From the sequence record PP661417.1: a stretch of 32,000 nt of DNA. One strand, 5' to 3'. The position numbers and the translations under genes were made by a program. Source of the DNA: Pseudomonas phage Bella. The first letter of the stretch is position 1. Every line of letters starts with the position of its first letter. Shown here in pieces: positions 8,326 to 16,708 of the stretch. Below the pieces are notes generated by a model. It ran no database searches, was not told where the DNA came from, and saw nothing but the letters and a program-made list of their open reading frames with translations.

Positions 8326-10316
8326 GATGGTGGGTTCCCGTCCCAGCCCATGGAATGACCCCAGCTCTGCCCAATCTCCACGTCCACCTTTGACGGGAGT
8401 TCGAGCGGCGTACAAGTCCGCATGATGTGGGCGGCTTCCGCGGCCTCCTTCGTGTCGTGTACGCTGAAGGCGATCTCATCGTGGACCTGGATGATGATGT
8501 CCAGTCCGGCTTCCGCGCAGGCCACCATCGCCATCTTGGTCTGGTCCGCGGAGGAGCCCTGAATCAGCCGGTTCAGCCCCTTGTGAGTCCAGTCATAGTT
8601 CCCGTCCTTGTCCTTCGGAAAGCGGCAGCGGCGACCGCTCAGGGTCGTGATGTAGCCCACGGCCTTCGCCCGGGCTTCGCAAGCCTTCGCCAGCTTCTTG
8701 ATGAACGGCACCTTTTGGTCGAAGGTGTCCAGGAGGGCCTGACCCTCTGGCCCCGCGGCCTCGAACCTCCGCGCCCCTTCCGCGACCAGGCGCTGACCCT
8801 CCGGGCTGTTCACGTCGAACAGCTGGAAGCGGGGGCCGCGCACGGCCATCATAGTCGGGAGCCCGAGCTTGCGGCACATCTTCGCCCCGCCCATCCCGTA
8901 GGACAGGCCCAGGTAGATTTCCTTGGCGTCCTTGCGCTTGATCCCCGCCATGTCCGCCATCATCTGGTGGTTGTCGGTGTTCGGGTCGTTGCGGTACTTG
9001 TCCCGGGCTTCGATTGCGGACAGCCAGGCTTTGTGCCCAATAAGGTCCTTCGCCAAGCAGGCGTAGTGGACCGCCATGCGCGGCTCCTGCTGGCTGTAGT
9101 CGTTGGACGCCCAGTGTTGGCCTTCCTCCGGGAGGTAGATGGACCGCCACATCATGGCGAACTCATCCCGAGCCGGTTGCTGCTGGAGGTTCGGGTGTTC
9201 GCTGGACAGTCGCCCGTAGGCAGCGCCCGCGGTCCCGTCGCTTTCGTCATCCTTCTGGCGGCGGAGCTGGTTGAACGTCCCGTGGAGGCGACCGTTCACC
9301 ATGTGGTCCCGGACGGAGCTGGCGAAGGTCGTGCGCAGCTTGTTCACCTTCCGGGCGCGTTCGAGGAGGCCCGCCACGGGGTGGTCGATTGAGCCCAGCA
9401 GCTCCTTGTCGATGCTGGGCTTGCCCTGGGAGGTCTTGTTCAGCTTGATGCCGATATGTTCGAGGGCGGGGGCGATCACCTCCGGCTTCCAGACGTCACC
9501 CACGGCGATCCGGTGGCCGGTGATCGACCGGACCTGGGCCAGGGCCTCCGTCTCCTTCTCCAGCGCCCAACGCTCAATCATGTCCAGGCGGTCGCAGTCG
9601 ATTCGGACGCCCCGGCGGCGAAGGCGGGTGAGGATCGGGAGCAGCTTGGACTCCAGGTTGTACACGCCCCAGAGGTCCTGCTCATCAATCTCCCGCTCCT
9701 GACGGCGGAGGATGTTCAGAGGCAGGCGCGTGTCCTCCTCCGCGTACTTCCCGACAAACTTGGCCGGTAGCATCCACATGTCCTTCTTCGGGTCAATCCC
9801 ATAATCGACCGCGGCGGCGCGCAGCAGGGCTTCGTCCTTGCCGTAGAAGCCCCACCGCTCCGCGATAGCTTGCATGCTGTAGCTGTCGTGGAGTTCGCAG
9901 ATCAGCGGGTCAGCGATCTGGATGTCACGGAAGTAGCGGACCCGCTCGAACTCGATGCCGTCCCCGGCGAGGAAGTCCAGGTCATACTGGAGGTTGGCCC
10001 CCACGAGGTCGCCGGTGAACACCTTTGCCTGGGCGCGGAGGTAGGCCAGCACGCCCTCCAGCGGGAGGTTGCCCCCGCCTTCGTGTCTGATGGGCAAGTA
10101 CCCGCCCGGGCCGTCCTCGATTGCGAAGCTGATGCCGGTGATGTAGCTGTTCGGGCGACGGCCCGCCCCCGGCCCGAGTTTGCGCAGGTCCGGGTCCCGC
10201 GTCTCGCAGTCGATGGCGACCCGCTTGGCCCCCTCCCACGAGGGGAGGGTGCTGAGGTCCGGGGCCACCCAGTCGCTGGAGACGGTCGTGAACAGGGGTG
10301 GTTGGAGGTATGACAT
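8322..10316 (-). CDS. polA-like: Family A DNA polymerase with 3'-5' exonuclease domain
   Basis: Exo motif VAIDCETRDPD; motif A NDYSQQEPRMAVHYA; motif B KRKDAKEIYLGLSYGMG; motif C IIQVHDEIAF. Confidence 0.95.
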   Translation of the reverse strand: MSYLQPPLFTTVSSDWVAPDLSTLPSWEGAKRVAIDCETRDPDLRKLGPGAGRRPNSYITGISFAIEDGPGGYLPIRHEGGGNLPLEGVLAYLRAQAKVFTGDLVGANLQYDLDFLAGDGIEFERVRYFRDIQIADPLICELHDSYSMQAIAERWGFYGKDEALLRAAAVDYGIDPKKDMWMLPAKFVGKYAEEDTRLPLNILRRQEREIDEQDLWGVYNLESKLLPILTRLRRRGVRIDCDRLDMIERWALEKETEALAQVRSITGHRIAVGDVWKPEVIAPALEHIGIKLNKTSQGKPSIDKELLGSIDHPVAGLLERARKVNKLRTTFASSVRDHMVNGRLHGTFNQLRRQKDDESDGTAGAAYGRLSSEHPNLQQQPARDEFAMMWRSIYLPEEGQHWASNDYSQQEPRMAVHYACLAKDLIGHKAWLSAIEARDKYRNDPNTDNHQMMADMAGIKRKDAKEIYLGLSYGMGGAKMCRKLGLPTMMAVRGPRFQLFDVNSPEGQRLVAEGARRFEAAGPEGQALLDTFDQKVPFIKKLAKACEARAKAVGYITTLSGRRCRFPKDKDGNYDWTHKGLNRLIQGSSADQTKMAMVACAEAGLDIIIQVHDEIAFSVHDTKEAAEAAHIMRTCTPLELPSKVDVEIGQSWGHSMGWDGNPPS

Positions 10317-10702
10317 CAGGCTCCGACCTCCTCAATCATCTTGCGCAGGAGGTTCAGGGCCGCAGTCAGCTCCGGGTCGGCCTCCCAGAAGGTGAGGATG
10401 CGGACCACTTCGGCTTCGTCCTCCGTCAGCCCGTTCGCGGCGGCGAAGGCGTCCGGGGTAATGACCACGGGGGCGGAGCGGGGCAGCAGGACCCCGTTGC
10501 GGTACAGGTCCTGGACCTTCTCCACGTAGTGGATCGCCTTCTCAAGGTCCTGGCGCGGGTCCTCGTGCTTCTTGCGGTTGCGGGTCGCGTACTTGGTCGC
10601 GCAGCCTTCGGTGTAGCGGAGGCCGTTCAGCTCCACGTAGTCCCAGTGTTGGACGGGCGAGCGGTAGTGCTCACCGCCCACTTGCTTTTCGTTCACGCTC
10701 AT
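10316..10702 (-). CDS. DUF3310-family phage protein
   Basis: VGGEHYRSPVQHWDYVELNGLRYTEGCATKYATRNRKKHEDPRQDLEKAIHYVEKV is characteristic of the DUF3310 family. Confidence 0.85.
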   Translation of the reverse strand: MSVNEKQVGGEHYRSPVQHWDYVELNGLRYTEGCATKYATRNRKKHEDPRQDLEKAIHYVEKVQDLYRNGVLLPRSAPVVITPDAFAAANGLTEDEAEVVRILTFWEADPELTAALNLLRKMIEEVGA

Positions 10703-10898
10703 CTTGTAACTCCTTCATCAGTTCCCGGAGCCGGAGTGTCTGCTGGCGGTACAAGTACCCAAAACACCCGTGCTCCCCGTTCATCATATCTGTATGGACC
10801 TTGCGGAGGTGCGCGGCGAGTTCTTCCACCGTGTCAAAGGCGTAGAACTTCAGCTGCGGGTCCTCCGCCCAATCACGTCGCAGCTTCTCCAAGTCCAT
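10671..10898 (-). CDS. Hypothetical protein (75 aa)
   Basis: ORF overlapping both flanking genes; protein-like composition. Confidence 0.5.
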   Translation of the reverse strand: MDLEKLRRDWAEDPQLKFYAFDTVEELAAHLRKVHTDMMNGEHGCFGYLYRQQTLRLRELMKELQDERERKASGR

Positions 10899-11481
10899 CG
10901 CGCACCACCTCCTCGAAGAAGTCCGAGAGGCGGCGATGCGGCTGGTGCTTCGCTGCCGCGTAGAAGGCGCGGACGGGTTCGGGCAGGCTACCCTCCAGGC
11001 CCCGCTTCTCCGTCACCTCCTCGCATGCCCTCCGCATGGCCGTGACCGCTTCGTTGCCCAGGGCTTCTTCCTCCCGGCACCACAGCCACAGTTCGAGGGT
11101 GTCCACGGCCTTCAACCAGTTCTCCTCGTCAGGGAGAAGTCCCGGGAGCAGGCCCAGGGTCGCCAGCACGCGGCGTTCCGCCTCCTCATACACCTTCCCG
11201 AGTTCGGGGTTGGTCCACTTCGCCGGGGCCGGAATGTCGCCCAACCAACGCTCCGCGCAGTCGTGCCACTGGACCGCCTTGATCAGGTTCAGCGACGGGT
11301 GCGGGTGGAGCAGCAGCAAGAGGCTCACGGCCCCGTAGCTGTGCTGGGCGATGTTGTACTGACCGTGGTGCGGAACGATGTGGCACCGGCGGACCGTCCC
11401 GGCCTCCCGGGTCGCGGCGATCCGGGTCAGGAGCGGGCGGGCGGCGCGGCGGTTCAGCTCCTCACTCATACGCCACCCCAT
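10873..11481 (-). CDS. HD-domain phosphohydrolase, YfbR-like 5'-nucleotidase
   Basis: VPHHGQYNIAQHSYGAVSLLLLLHP...WHDCAERWLGDIPAPAKW...EEAERRVL...LKAVDTLELWLW matches H...HD...D architecture. Confidence 0.82.
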   Translation of the reverse strand: MGWRMSEELNRRAARPLLTRIAATREAGTVRRCHIVPHHGQYNIAQHSYGAVSLLLLLHPHPSLNLIKAVQWHDCAERWLGDIPAPAKWTNPELGKVYEEAERRVLATLGLLPGLLPDEENWLKAVDTLELWLWCREEEALGNEAVTAMRRACEEVTEKRGLEGSLPEPVRAFYAAAKHQPHRRLSDFFEEVVRDGLGEAAT

Positions 11482-12517
11482 CGTCCATCGCCCGGGCCTT
11501 GCGAGCCTCGAAGGCGGCGCGGCGGCGTTCGATCCACTCCACCCCGGCCAGCTTCCAGTCGGTGGCGGCGACGTTGTCCAGCTCCGCCAAGGCGGCGTCG
11601 AAGCGGGAGGGGTTGGAGGTCTGCTTGAAAGCCTTATGGGCCTTCATCATCGGGATCGCCACGCGACGGAAGAACGGGTCACGGAAGCCCACGGCGTCCG
11701 GCTCGCTCAGGAACATCATCAGCTCCTGGTTCCACTCCTCCGGGTCCGTGGACATCAGCGGGTACGGCTCCGCGATCCCGGCGGCGTAGGGGTCGGGCGT
11801 CTCCTTCCCGGTCATCGGGTTGGCGGCGAGGTCCGCGAGCGGGGCGACCTTGTTCAGCACCTCCTCATAGGCGTGGAAGTTGGCGCTGACTTGGCGGTAG
11901 ATGCCTTGTTCAACCCCGACACTCCGGGCGACGTACTCATGGAGGTAGCTGAAGTGGACCGCGTTGGCCCCGTAGGCTCCCCAGATCAGGTCGTTGGAGC
12001 GGTTGGTCACGGTCATGTCCAGGCGACCGTCGCAGGCGATCTGGAAGATGGCCTGAAGGTTGCACGGGAGGTCCTTGCCTTGGCGGCCCAGGTCCGCGTC
12101 CGCGTCCCACATCGACAGGACCTGGCGGCGGTCATCGCGGTTCTCCTTCAGGGCGGCGATGATCTTGGGCAGCTGGTCCTCGAAGAAGTGCTGGCGCCAG
12201 CGGAAGCCGTAGGCCCCGTGGAAGGTCAGGCCGTCATCCGAGTAGCTGCGCATGCGATCCACGAAGCGGGCGACGTACTCCACGTCATTGCGTCCGCCCA
12301 GCATCCAGAGGCTTTCCATCAGGTGGAAGAAGGGGTTGGCGTCCCGTTCCGCCCAGAACAGCACGCGCTCCGCCGGGCGGAGGTACACGGTGGTGACGGG
12401 TTCCGGGAACATGAACACGGGGCCGTTGCGCGAGTCGCGGCGGACGCCCTCGAAGGACAGTTGATACAGGGCCTCCGGGAGGGCCTGTTGTACGTTGCGG
12501 GTCTTGATGACTTTCAT
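11462..12517 (-). CDS. Thymidylate synthase-like enzyme, candidate dUMP hydroxymethylase
   Basis: RQVLSMWDADADL...DLPCNLQAIFQIACDGRLDMTVTNRSNDLIWGAYGANAVHFSYLHEYVA aligns with the TS catalytic Cys / RSxD / Asn region. Confidence 0.88.
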   Translation of the reverse strand: MKVIKTRNVQQALPEALYQLSFEGVRRDSRNGPVFMFPEPVTTVYLRPAERVLFWAERDANPFFHLMESLWMLGGRNDVEYVARFVDRMRSYSDDGLTFHGAYGFRWRQHFFEDQLPKIIAALKENRDDRRQVLSMWDADADLGRQGKDLPCNLQAIFQIACDGRLDMTVTNRSNDLIWGAYGANAVHFSYLHEYVARSVGVEQGIYRQVSANFHAYEEVLNKVAPLADLAANPMTGKETPDPYAAGIAEPYPLMSTDPEEWNQELMMFLSEPDAVGFRDPFFRRVAIPMMKAHKAFKQTSNPSRFDAALAELDNVAATDWKLAGVEWIERRRAAFEARKARAMDDGVAYE

Positions 12518-12627
12518 TTCTTGTTAAACTCCACGAAGATGACGTTGCCGGTCCGGCGAAGGACGCGGGGGCGAGGGAGCCAGACCAACCACCAGCTCCA
12601 GTACCACCAGAACGGCGAGAAGATCAT
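12514..12627 (-). CDS. Tryptophan-rich micro-ORF (37 aa): MIFSPFWWYWSWWLVWLPRPRVLRRTGNVIFVEFNKK
   Basis: Hand-translated; below the ORF track cut-off. SD-like CAGGAGGGGGCC before ATG 12627; stop TGA overlaps the TS start (ATGA). Confidence 0.5.
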   Translation of the reverse strand: MIFSPFWWYWSWWLVWLPRPRVLRRTGNVIFVEFNKK

Positions 12628-12639
12628 GGCCCCCTCCTG

Positions 12640-13221
12640 TTAAGCCGAAGCGGTCTGCGGCGGAAGGCCCAGGCGGGTGTTCAGGTCCTTGATCGGCAGC
12701 GCGATAGCCCGGGACGGCGATTCAACCGCGAAGGGGCGGGCGAACTGCTCCACCTCCGGCCAGACTTCGATCAACTTCTTGACCGTGGTGACGGAGTTCA
12801 GGACGGCCCAGGCTCCGGTCTTGGCCTCCTCCCGCTCGCGCTTGAACTGGGCGCGGTCCTTCAGGTAGGTGCGCAGCTTCTCGCCCAGCGGGTGGTCCGC
12901 GTCATAGACCTTGCCGGGGTTGTGGCTCCAGCAATCGGCCACGCGCTTCTTCTCCGGGAGGTACAGTGAGTGGTAGGACTCCCCAACCACCTGGACGCGG
13001 AGGCTGCTGCGGACTTCGAGGAAGCCGTTGGGCAGGGCGTACATGTGTGCGCGGACCGCTTCCGGGTACAGGTCGTTGTAGAACTCCAGCGCCAGCTCCT
13101 TCTCGCGGGCGTCCAGGGCCTTCTCGCGGGCGTCCAGGGCCTTCTCGCGGTCGGAGAAGGAATGGGCGAGGATCGCGTCACGGACCTGCTCGCGGATGTA
13201 ATTGGACAGACGTACAGCCAT
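12640..13221 (-). CDS. Hypothetical protein, possibly Nmad5-like (putative nucleotide-modification-associated)
   Basis: MAVRLSNYIREQVRDAILAHSFSDREKALDAREKALDAREKELALEFYNDLYP. Pattern resembles phage Nmad5-type proteins from memory; needs profile confirmation. Confidence 0.5.
   Translation of the reverse strand: MAVRLSNYIREQVRDAILAHSFSDREKALDAREKALDAREKELALEFYNDLYPEAVRAHMYALPNGFLEVRSSLRVQVVGESYHSLYLPEKKRVADCWSHNPGKVYDADHPLGEKLRTYLKDRAQFKREREEAKTGAWAVLNSVTTVKKLIEVWPEVEQFARPFAVESPSRAIALPIKDLNTRLGLPPQTASA
13098..13150 (-). repeat. 21-nt tandem repeat (two full units plus partial) encoding REKALDA heptads
   Basis: ccttctcgcgggcgtccaggg x2 followed by ccttctcgcgg. Confidence 0.85.
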
Positions 13222-13236
13222 GATGGTTTCTCCTTT

Positions 13237-13611
13237 TCAGTGGGTTCGCTGGAAACGTCCAGCAGCGTGTTGGGCTTTCGCCCTCTGACTCAGATGCTCC
13301 CGGTGCTCCGGGCGGGAGACGCGACGGGCCGCGCCCTCCCTCATCCTTGCCCGGGTTTCCTCGCTGACGGAGGAGCCCAACCTATGCTCCCGCTGATGCT
13401 CCGCGGGGTCCGTCAGCTCAAGGTTCTCCGGGCGGTTGTCAGTCTTGTCTCCGTTCCGGTGATGGACCACCTCGCCCCGGCGGAGCGGACGGCCCAGGAG
13501 CTGTTCCATCACGAGACGGTGCTGACGGACCCAACGCCCGTTCCGCTTCTCCATGACGTAGCCCCAAGTTGAGCAGATGTAGGTTGAGCCCTCCGGCAGC
13601 TTCGGCTTCAT
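13237..13611 (-). CDS. HNH homing-type endonuclease with NUMOD3-like C-terminus
   Basis: [47 protein letters not shown] is a typical phage HNH core; [15 protein letters not shown]... resembles NUMOD3. ATG at 13611 overlaps the upstream stop (13608). Confidence 0.88.
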   Translation of the reverse strand: MKPKLPEGSTYICSTWGYVMEKRNGRWVRQHRLVMEQLLGRPLRRGEVVHHRNGDKTDNRPENLELTDPAEHQREHRLGSSVSEETRARMREGAARRVSRPEHREHLSQRAKAQHAAGRFQRTH

Positions 13612-14579
13612 AGCGCGGTCGCCTTCCGCCAATCATACTTGCTGCGCATCTTGCCCTCCCCGTTCGCCACGCGCTGGTACTTGTCGTGCTCGCACAGGGT
13701 ATGCTCAATGTCCCGCATCTCAAAGCGGGGGTTGACGTCACAGGGCTCCCCGAAGGTAGCGTTGAACCCCGGTTCGTCCAGGTCATTCAGCTCCTTCATG
13801 AGTTTGAACATTTCCGCGTTCGTCTGCTCCGGGCGGGGCTTCGCGGCGAGGTCGCGCCCATACAGGCGGTTGAGCCCGCGGATCGCCCCAGGACCGGCGT
13901 TGGCCCAAGTCCAGATGTCCGGGGCGTTGCGCAGGTAGCGGGTGTGGCGGAGGTCGGTCACCACCTCATAGGCCATGAACGGACCCCAGCCGATGTAGCG
14001 GTGCTGCTGGAACTTCTCCCAGACGGTTTCGAGGGTCGGAACCCGCGGAACCTTGGGCAAACCGGACTTGGCGGGCTCCAGATCGCGTGCCCATTCCTCG
14101 CGGTCCTCCCAGAGACGGCCCAGGACAATCTCCGCGATGTAGCGGTGCTTGGTCCAGCTGTACCACTCCTTGGAGGGGTCGGACTCCGCGCGGATCATGT
14201 AGGCTCCGGTGTACACCTTGTTGCCCGCGGCGGCGTAGTCCTCCAGGGCCTTCGTCAGCTTCGAGGGCTCGAAGCCCTCCTCATCGGGCCAGGTTCCCGG
14301 CCCCGCCTCATCCATCAGGTAGCGGAGCGTGTCCGGCCAGTTGATGTAGCGGGCGATGGCGAGCATGAACCAGAGGTGCGGGTGGTCCGCGTAGGGCTGG
14401 CGGATGTTCTGGTCAACCCAGATCGTCACGGTGTCCAGCTCGCGGAAGATGTTGCAGAACCGCCCACCACTCAGAACCGGGTCCGCGGTCCAGGGTCCGG
14501 GCTTCCCGGCCTTGCGGTCCAAGTAGATGTCGTGGCGAGCCTTCATGAAGGCGGCGATGTCGTTGAGGCGCGGGGTCAT
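13608..14579 (-). CDS. 5-hmdU DNA kinase helical-domain-like / alpha-glutamyl-putrescinyl-thymine pyrophosphorylase (aGPT-Pplase)-type protein
   Basis: [75 protein letters not shown]...[17 protein letters not shown] resembles glycosylase-like helical proteins of phage base hypermodification systems. Trimmed from ORF 13608..15065 at ATG 14579. Confidence 0.78.
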   Translation of the reverse strand: MTPRLNDIAAFMKARHDIYLDRKAGKPGPWTADPVLSGGRFCNIFRELDTVTIWVDQNIRQPYADHPHLWFMLAIARYINWPDTLRYLMDEAGPGTWPDEEGFEPSKLTKALEDYAAAGNKVYTGAYMIRAESDPSKEWYSWTKHRYIAEIVLGRLWEDREEWARDLEPAKSGLPKVPRVPTLETVWEKFQQHRYIGWGPFMAYEVVTDLRHTRYLRNAPDIWTWANAGPGAIRGLNRLYGRDLAAKPRPEQTNAEMFKLMKELNDLDEPGFNATFGEPCDVNPRFEMRDIEHTLCEHDKYQRVANGEGKMRSKYDWRKATAL

Positions 14580-15142
14580 CACTTCACCTCCCCCAGGATC
14601 GCCTTCAGGTCCTTCAGGGCCGTTTCCCAGTGGATGTCGCGGACCGTCTCGCCGTCCGCCAGGGCCTTGTCGCGGACCCGGGCGATGGTGCGGTGCTTGT
14701 CGGCCACCTGGTCCTCCTTGATGGGCTTCCCGCCGTTGCGCTCCTGGATGCGCTTCAGGCAGACTTCGAGCGGCGTGTCCAGGAAGGCCCAGATCATTCC
14801 GCCGTTCGCCTTCGACCACTCCTGCCACGGACCGTAGATGGTACTGACCACCACGCCCTCGAACAGGACCGCCTTCACGTCCGGGTCCCGCCCAACCAGC
14901 TCCGCGACGACCTTGGCCGCGGCTTGGGTCTTGATCCGGTCCAGACCGGCGGTGGTCGCTCCGGCGGCGGCGGGGGTGTAGTCCCCGATGATGGCGATGC
15001 CGTCCGGGGCATACGTCACCGGGATCGGCTTGTGGTCCGGGACGATGACGTTGATGACGCGGCAAAGCGGATCGCGGGCCAGGCTGCGCAGCAGGGTGGT
15101 CTTGCCGGAGCCGTTACAGCCCCTCACGTTGATGTACTTCAT
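14579..15142 (-). CDS. P-loop nucleotide/DNA-nucleotide kinase (candidate 5-hmdU DNA kinase catalytic subunit)
   Basis: MKYINVRGCNGSGKTTLLRSL Walker A; VLFEGVVVSTIYGPW; DTPLEVCLKRIQERNGGKP lid-like segment. Stop overlaps the next start. Confidence 0.78.
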   Translation of the reverse strand: MKYINVRGCNGSGKTTLLRSLARDPLCRVINVIVPDHKPIPVTYAPDGIAIIGDYTPAAAGATTAGLDRIKTQAAAKVVAELVGRDPDVKAVLFEGVVVSTIYGPWQEWSKANGGMIWAFLDTPLEVCLKRIQERNGGKPIKEDQVADKHRTIARVRDKALADGETVRDIHWETALKDLKAILGEVK

Positions 15143-15196
15143 CTTGGTTCTCCATTTCAGTTGAAAACGGCGGAGCCGGAGCCCCGCCCGGGTTGC

Positions 15197-16639
15197 TCAG
15201 TCAATCTGCGTGATCGGGATGATCTTGCGCTCGCCGCCGTCCTCCTCCGGCGGGGTCGGTTCCACGATCTTCTTGAAGTCGGGCGAGCGCAGAGCCTTCG
15301 CCGCCCCGAACAGTTCCGAACCGCAGCGCGGTTTGCCCTCGTTGTCGTCCGCGCAGTGGAGACAGCCGGTGGGGGCGCACTCCTTGACCTCCTGGAAGGG
15401 CTGGCCCAGGTCGGTCCGGGTGAACATCGGGACGCGCTGGCCGTGGCACTGGTCCGCGGTGATCATTTCACGGCCCATGGAAAGCCAGGCCGGTTCGTCG
15501 GTTCCGGGCTTCCCGCGGCGGTACTCATAGCACGTCGCGTAGGTCATGCCCAGCTCCGTCGCCCATTTCCGGTACAGGTGGTGGGCTTCGACCCGGTACG
15601 GCTCCGCGATGGTCTTTTGGGCTCCGGCCTGGTTCTCCGTGAACAGGTCCGTGAAGGCTTTGGTGCGCTCCGGGCCGAACCGCTTGTGGAGGCGTTCGAT
15701 CATCGCCGGTGCCCAGCTGTAGCCCGCTTCCACAAACTTCACGATCACGTGGTTGTTGCCGACCGCGGCCAGGCGCTCGAACAGGTGGCGGATGTCGTCA
15801 TGGGTCACGATCCCCGGGACAACCGGATTGACCTGAATGGACGTGTAGATGCCCTGACGGCGCAGCTCCGCGATTTCGTCAATATGATCCTGGAGGGAAA
15901 TGGCCCCGGGGGACAACTTGTGCCAGTCGCGGTCGTTGCCGGTGTTCAGCGACTTCTGGGCGTAGCTGTAGGGGTTCCGCTTCAGGAGGTCGATGGCCCA
16001 GGACGGGTAGCTGAGACGGCTCAGGAAGAAGATGGGCAGGCCCGACTCCACGAAGGCTTCCGCCCCCTGCTGGGTGTTGTGGTACACGTCCTCAATCGGC
16101 AGGAAGGGGTCCGTGAAGCTGGAGAAGTAGCCCGCGGCGGAGGTCCGGGACTTCGAGAGCATCTTGCGGACCTGTTCGCCGTAGTTCACCGGGACGCTGA
16201 TGAGGCCGGTGCCGCGGTAGCCCCGGAACCCGCTGTTGATGTAGCAGAAGGCGCAACCCACGGTGCAGTAGCCCCCATAAGGCTCCGTCAGGATCGCCTC
16301 GCTGAAGCAGGGGCGGGCGCGGGAGCCTCGCTTGTCGTTGTGCTTGTCCTGGTACCAGCCCTGAAGGGGCTTGGCGTTCGGGATGCGGATGTGCGGGAGG
16401 TAGGTGACGTCATTGAAGCCAAGATACACCTTGACCTCCTTCTTGTCGTCATCCTTCGCGTTGCGGACCATCCCCACCCTCGCCATGCGGAACTTCGCGC
16501 GCATGCCGGTCAGCGGGTCATCCTCCTCCTCGATTGGGCCCAGGAACTCCCGTTGGTTCGGGTCCGGGCGCATGAAATACTTGTATGCCTCCTGAGCGGC
16601 TTCGCCGGTTTCCTCATTCAGCCAGGCTGCGTGGTCCAT
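15197..16639 (-). CDS. Radical SAM enzyme (candidate glycyl-thymine isomerase of a hypermodification pathway)
   Basis: YGGYCTVGCAFCYINSGFRGYRGTG has CxxxCxxC. SD AGGAG upstream of ATG 16639; long C-terminal region with additional Cys (CAPTGCLHCADDNEGKPRCG). Confidence 0.88.
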   Translation of the reverse strand: MDHAAWLNEETGEAAQEAYKYFMRPDPNQREFLGPIEEEDDPLTGMRAKFRMARVGMVRNAKDDDKKEVKVYLGFNDVTYLPHIRIPNAKPLQGWYQDKHNDKRGSRARPCFSEAILTEPYGGYCTVGCAFCYINSGFRGYRGTGLISVPVNYGEQVRKMLSKSRTSAAGYFSSFTDPFLPIEDVYHNTQQGAEAFVESGLPIFFLSRLSYPSWAIDLLKRNPYSYAQKSLNTGNDRDWHKLSPGAISLQDHIDEIAELRRQGIYTSIQVNPVVPGIVTHDDIRHLFERLAAVGNNHVIVKFVEAGYSWAPAMIERLHKRFGPERTKAFTDLFTENQAGAQKTIAEPYRVEAHHLYRKWATELGMTYATCYEYRRGKPGTDEPAWLSMGREMITADQCHGQRVPMFTRTDLGQPFQEVKECAPTGCLHCADDNEGKPRCGSELFGAAKALRSPDFKKIVEPTPPEEDGGERKIIPITQID

Positions 16640-16663
16640 ATGGTTCTCCTCATTACGTGTGAA

Positions 16664-16697
16664 AAAGTCTAGTGCCTTCCTCCGAAGAAGTAAAGCA
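16664..16697 (-). promoter_or_regulatory. Promoter of repeated family, upstream of radical SAM gene
   Basis: Reverse complement reads GCTTTACTTCTTCGGAGGAAGGCACTAGACTTTTTC; -35 16689-16694, -10 16666-16671, 17-nt spacer. Confidence 0.78.
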
Positions 16698-16708
16698 CTA
16701 TGAGTTGG

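Noticed and set aside
13608-15065. Full-length 485-aa version of the helical-domain ORF
   Set aside because: N-terminal 160 residues are low-complexity shadow of the kinase gene; natural start is ATG 14579, so this is not a fused kinase-helical protein in one frame.
14630-16672. 680-aa plus-strand ORF opposite the kinase and radical SAM genes
   Set aside because: Arg/Gly/Ala/Val-rich antisense shadow typical of GC-rich DNA; no motifs; opposite strand has clear enzyme motifs.
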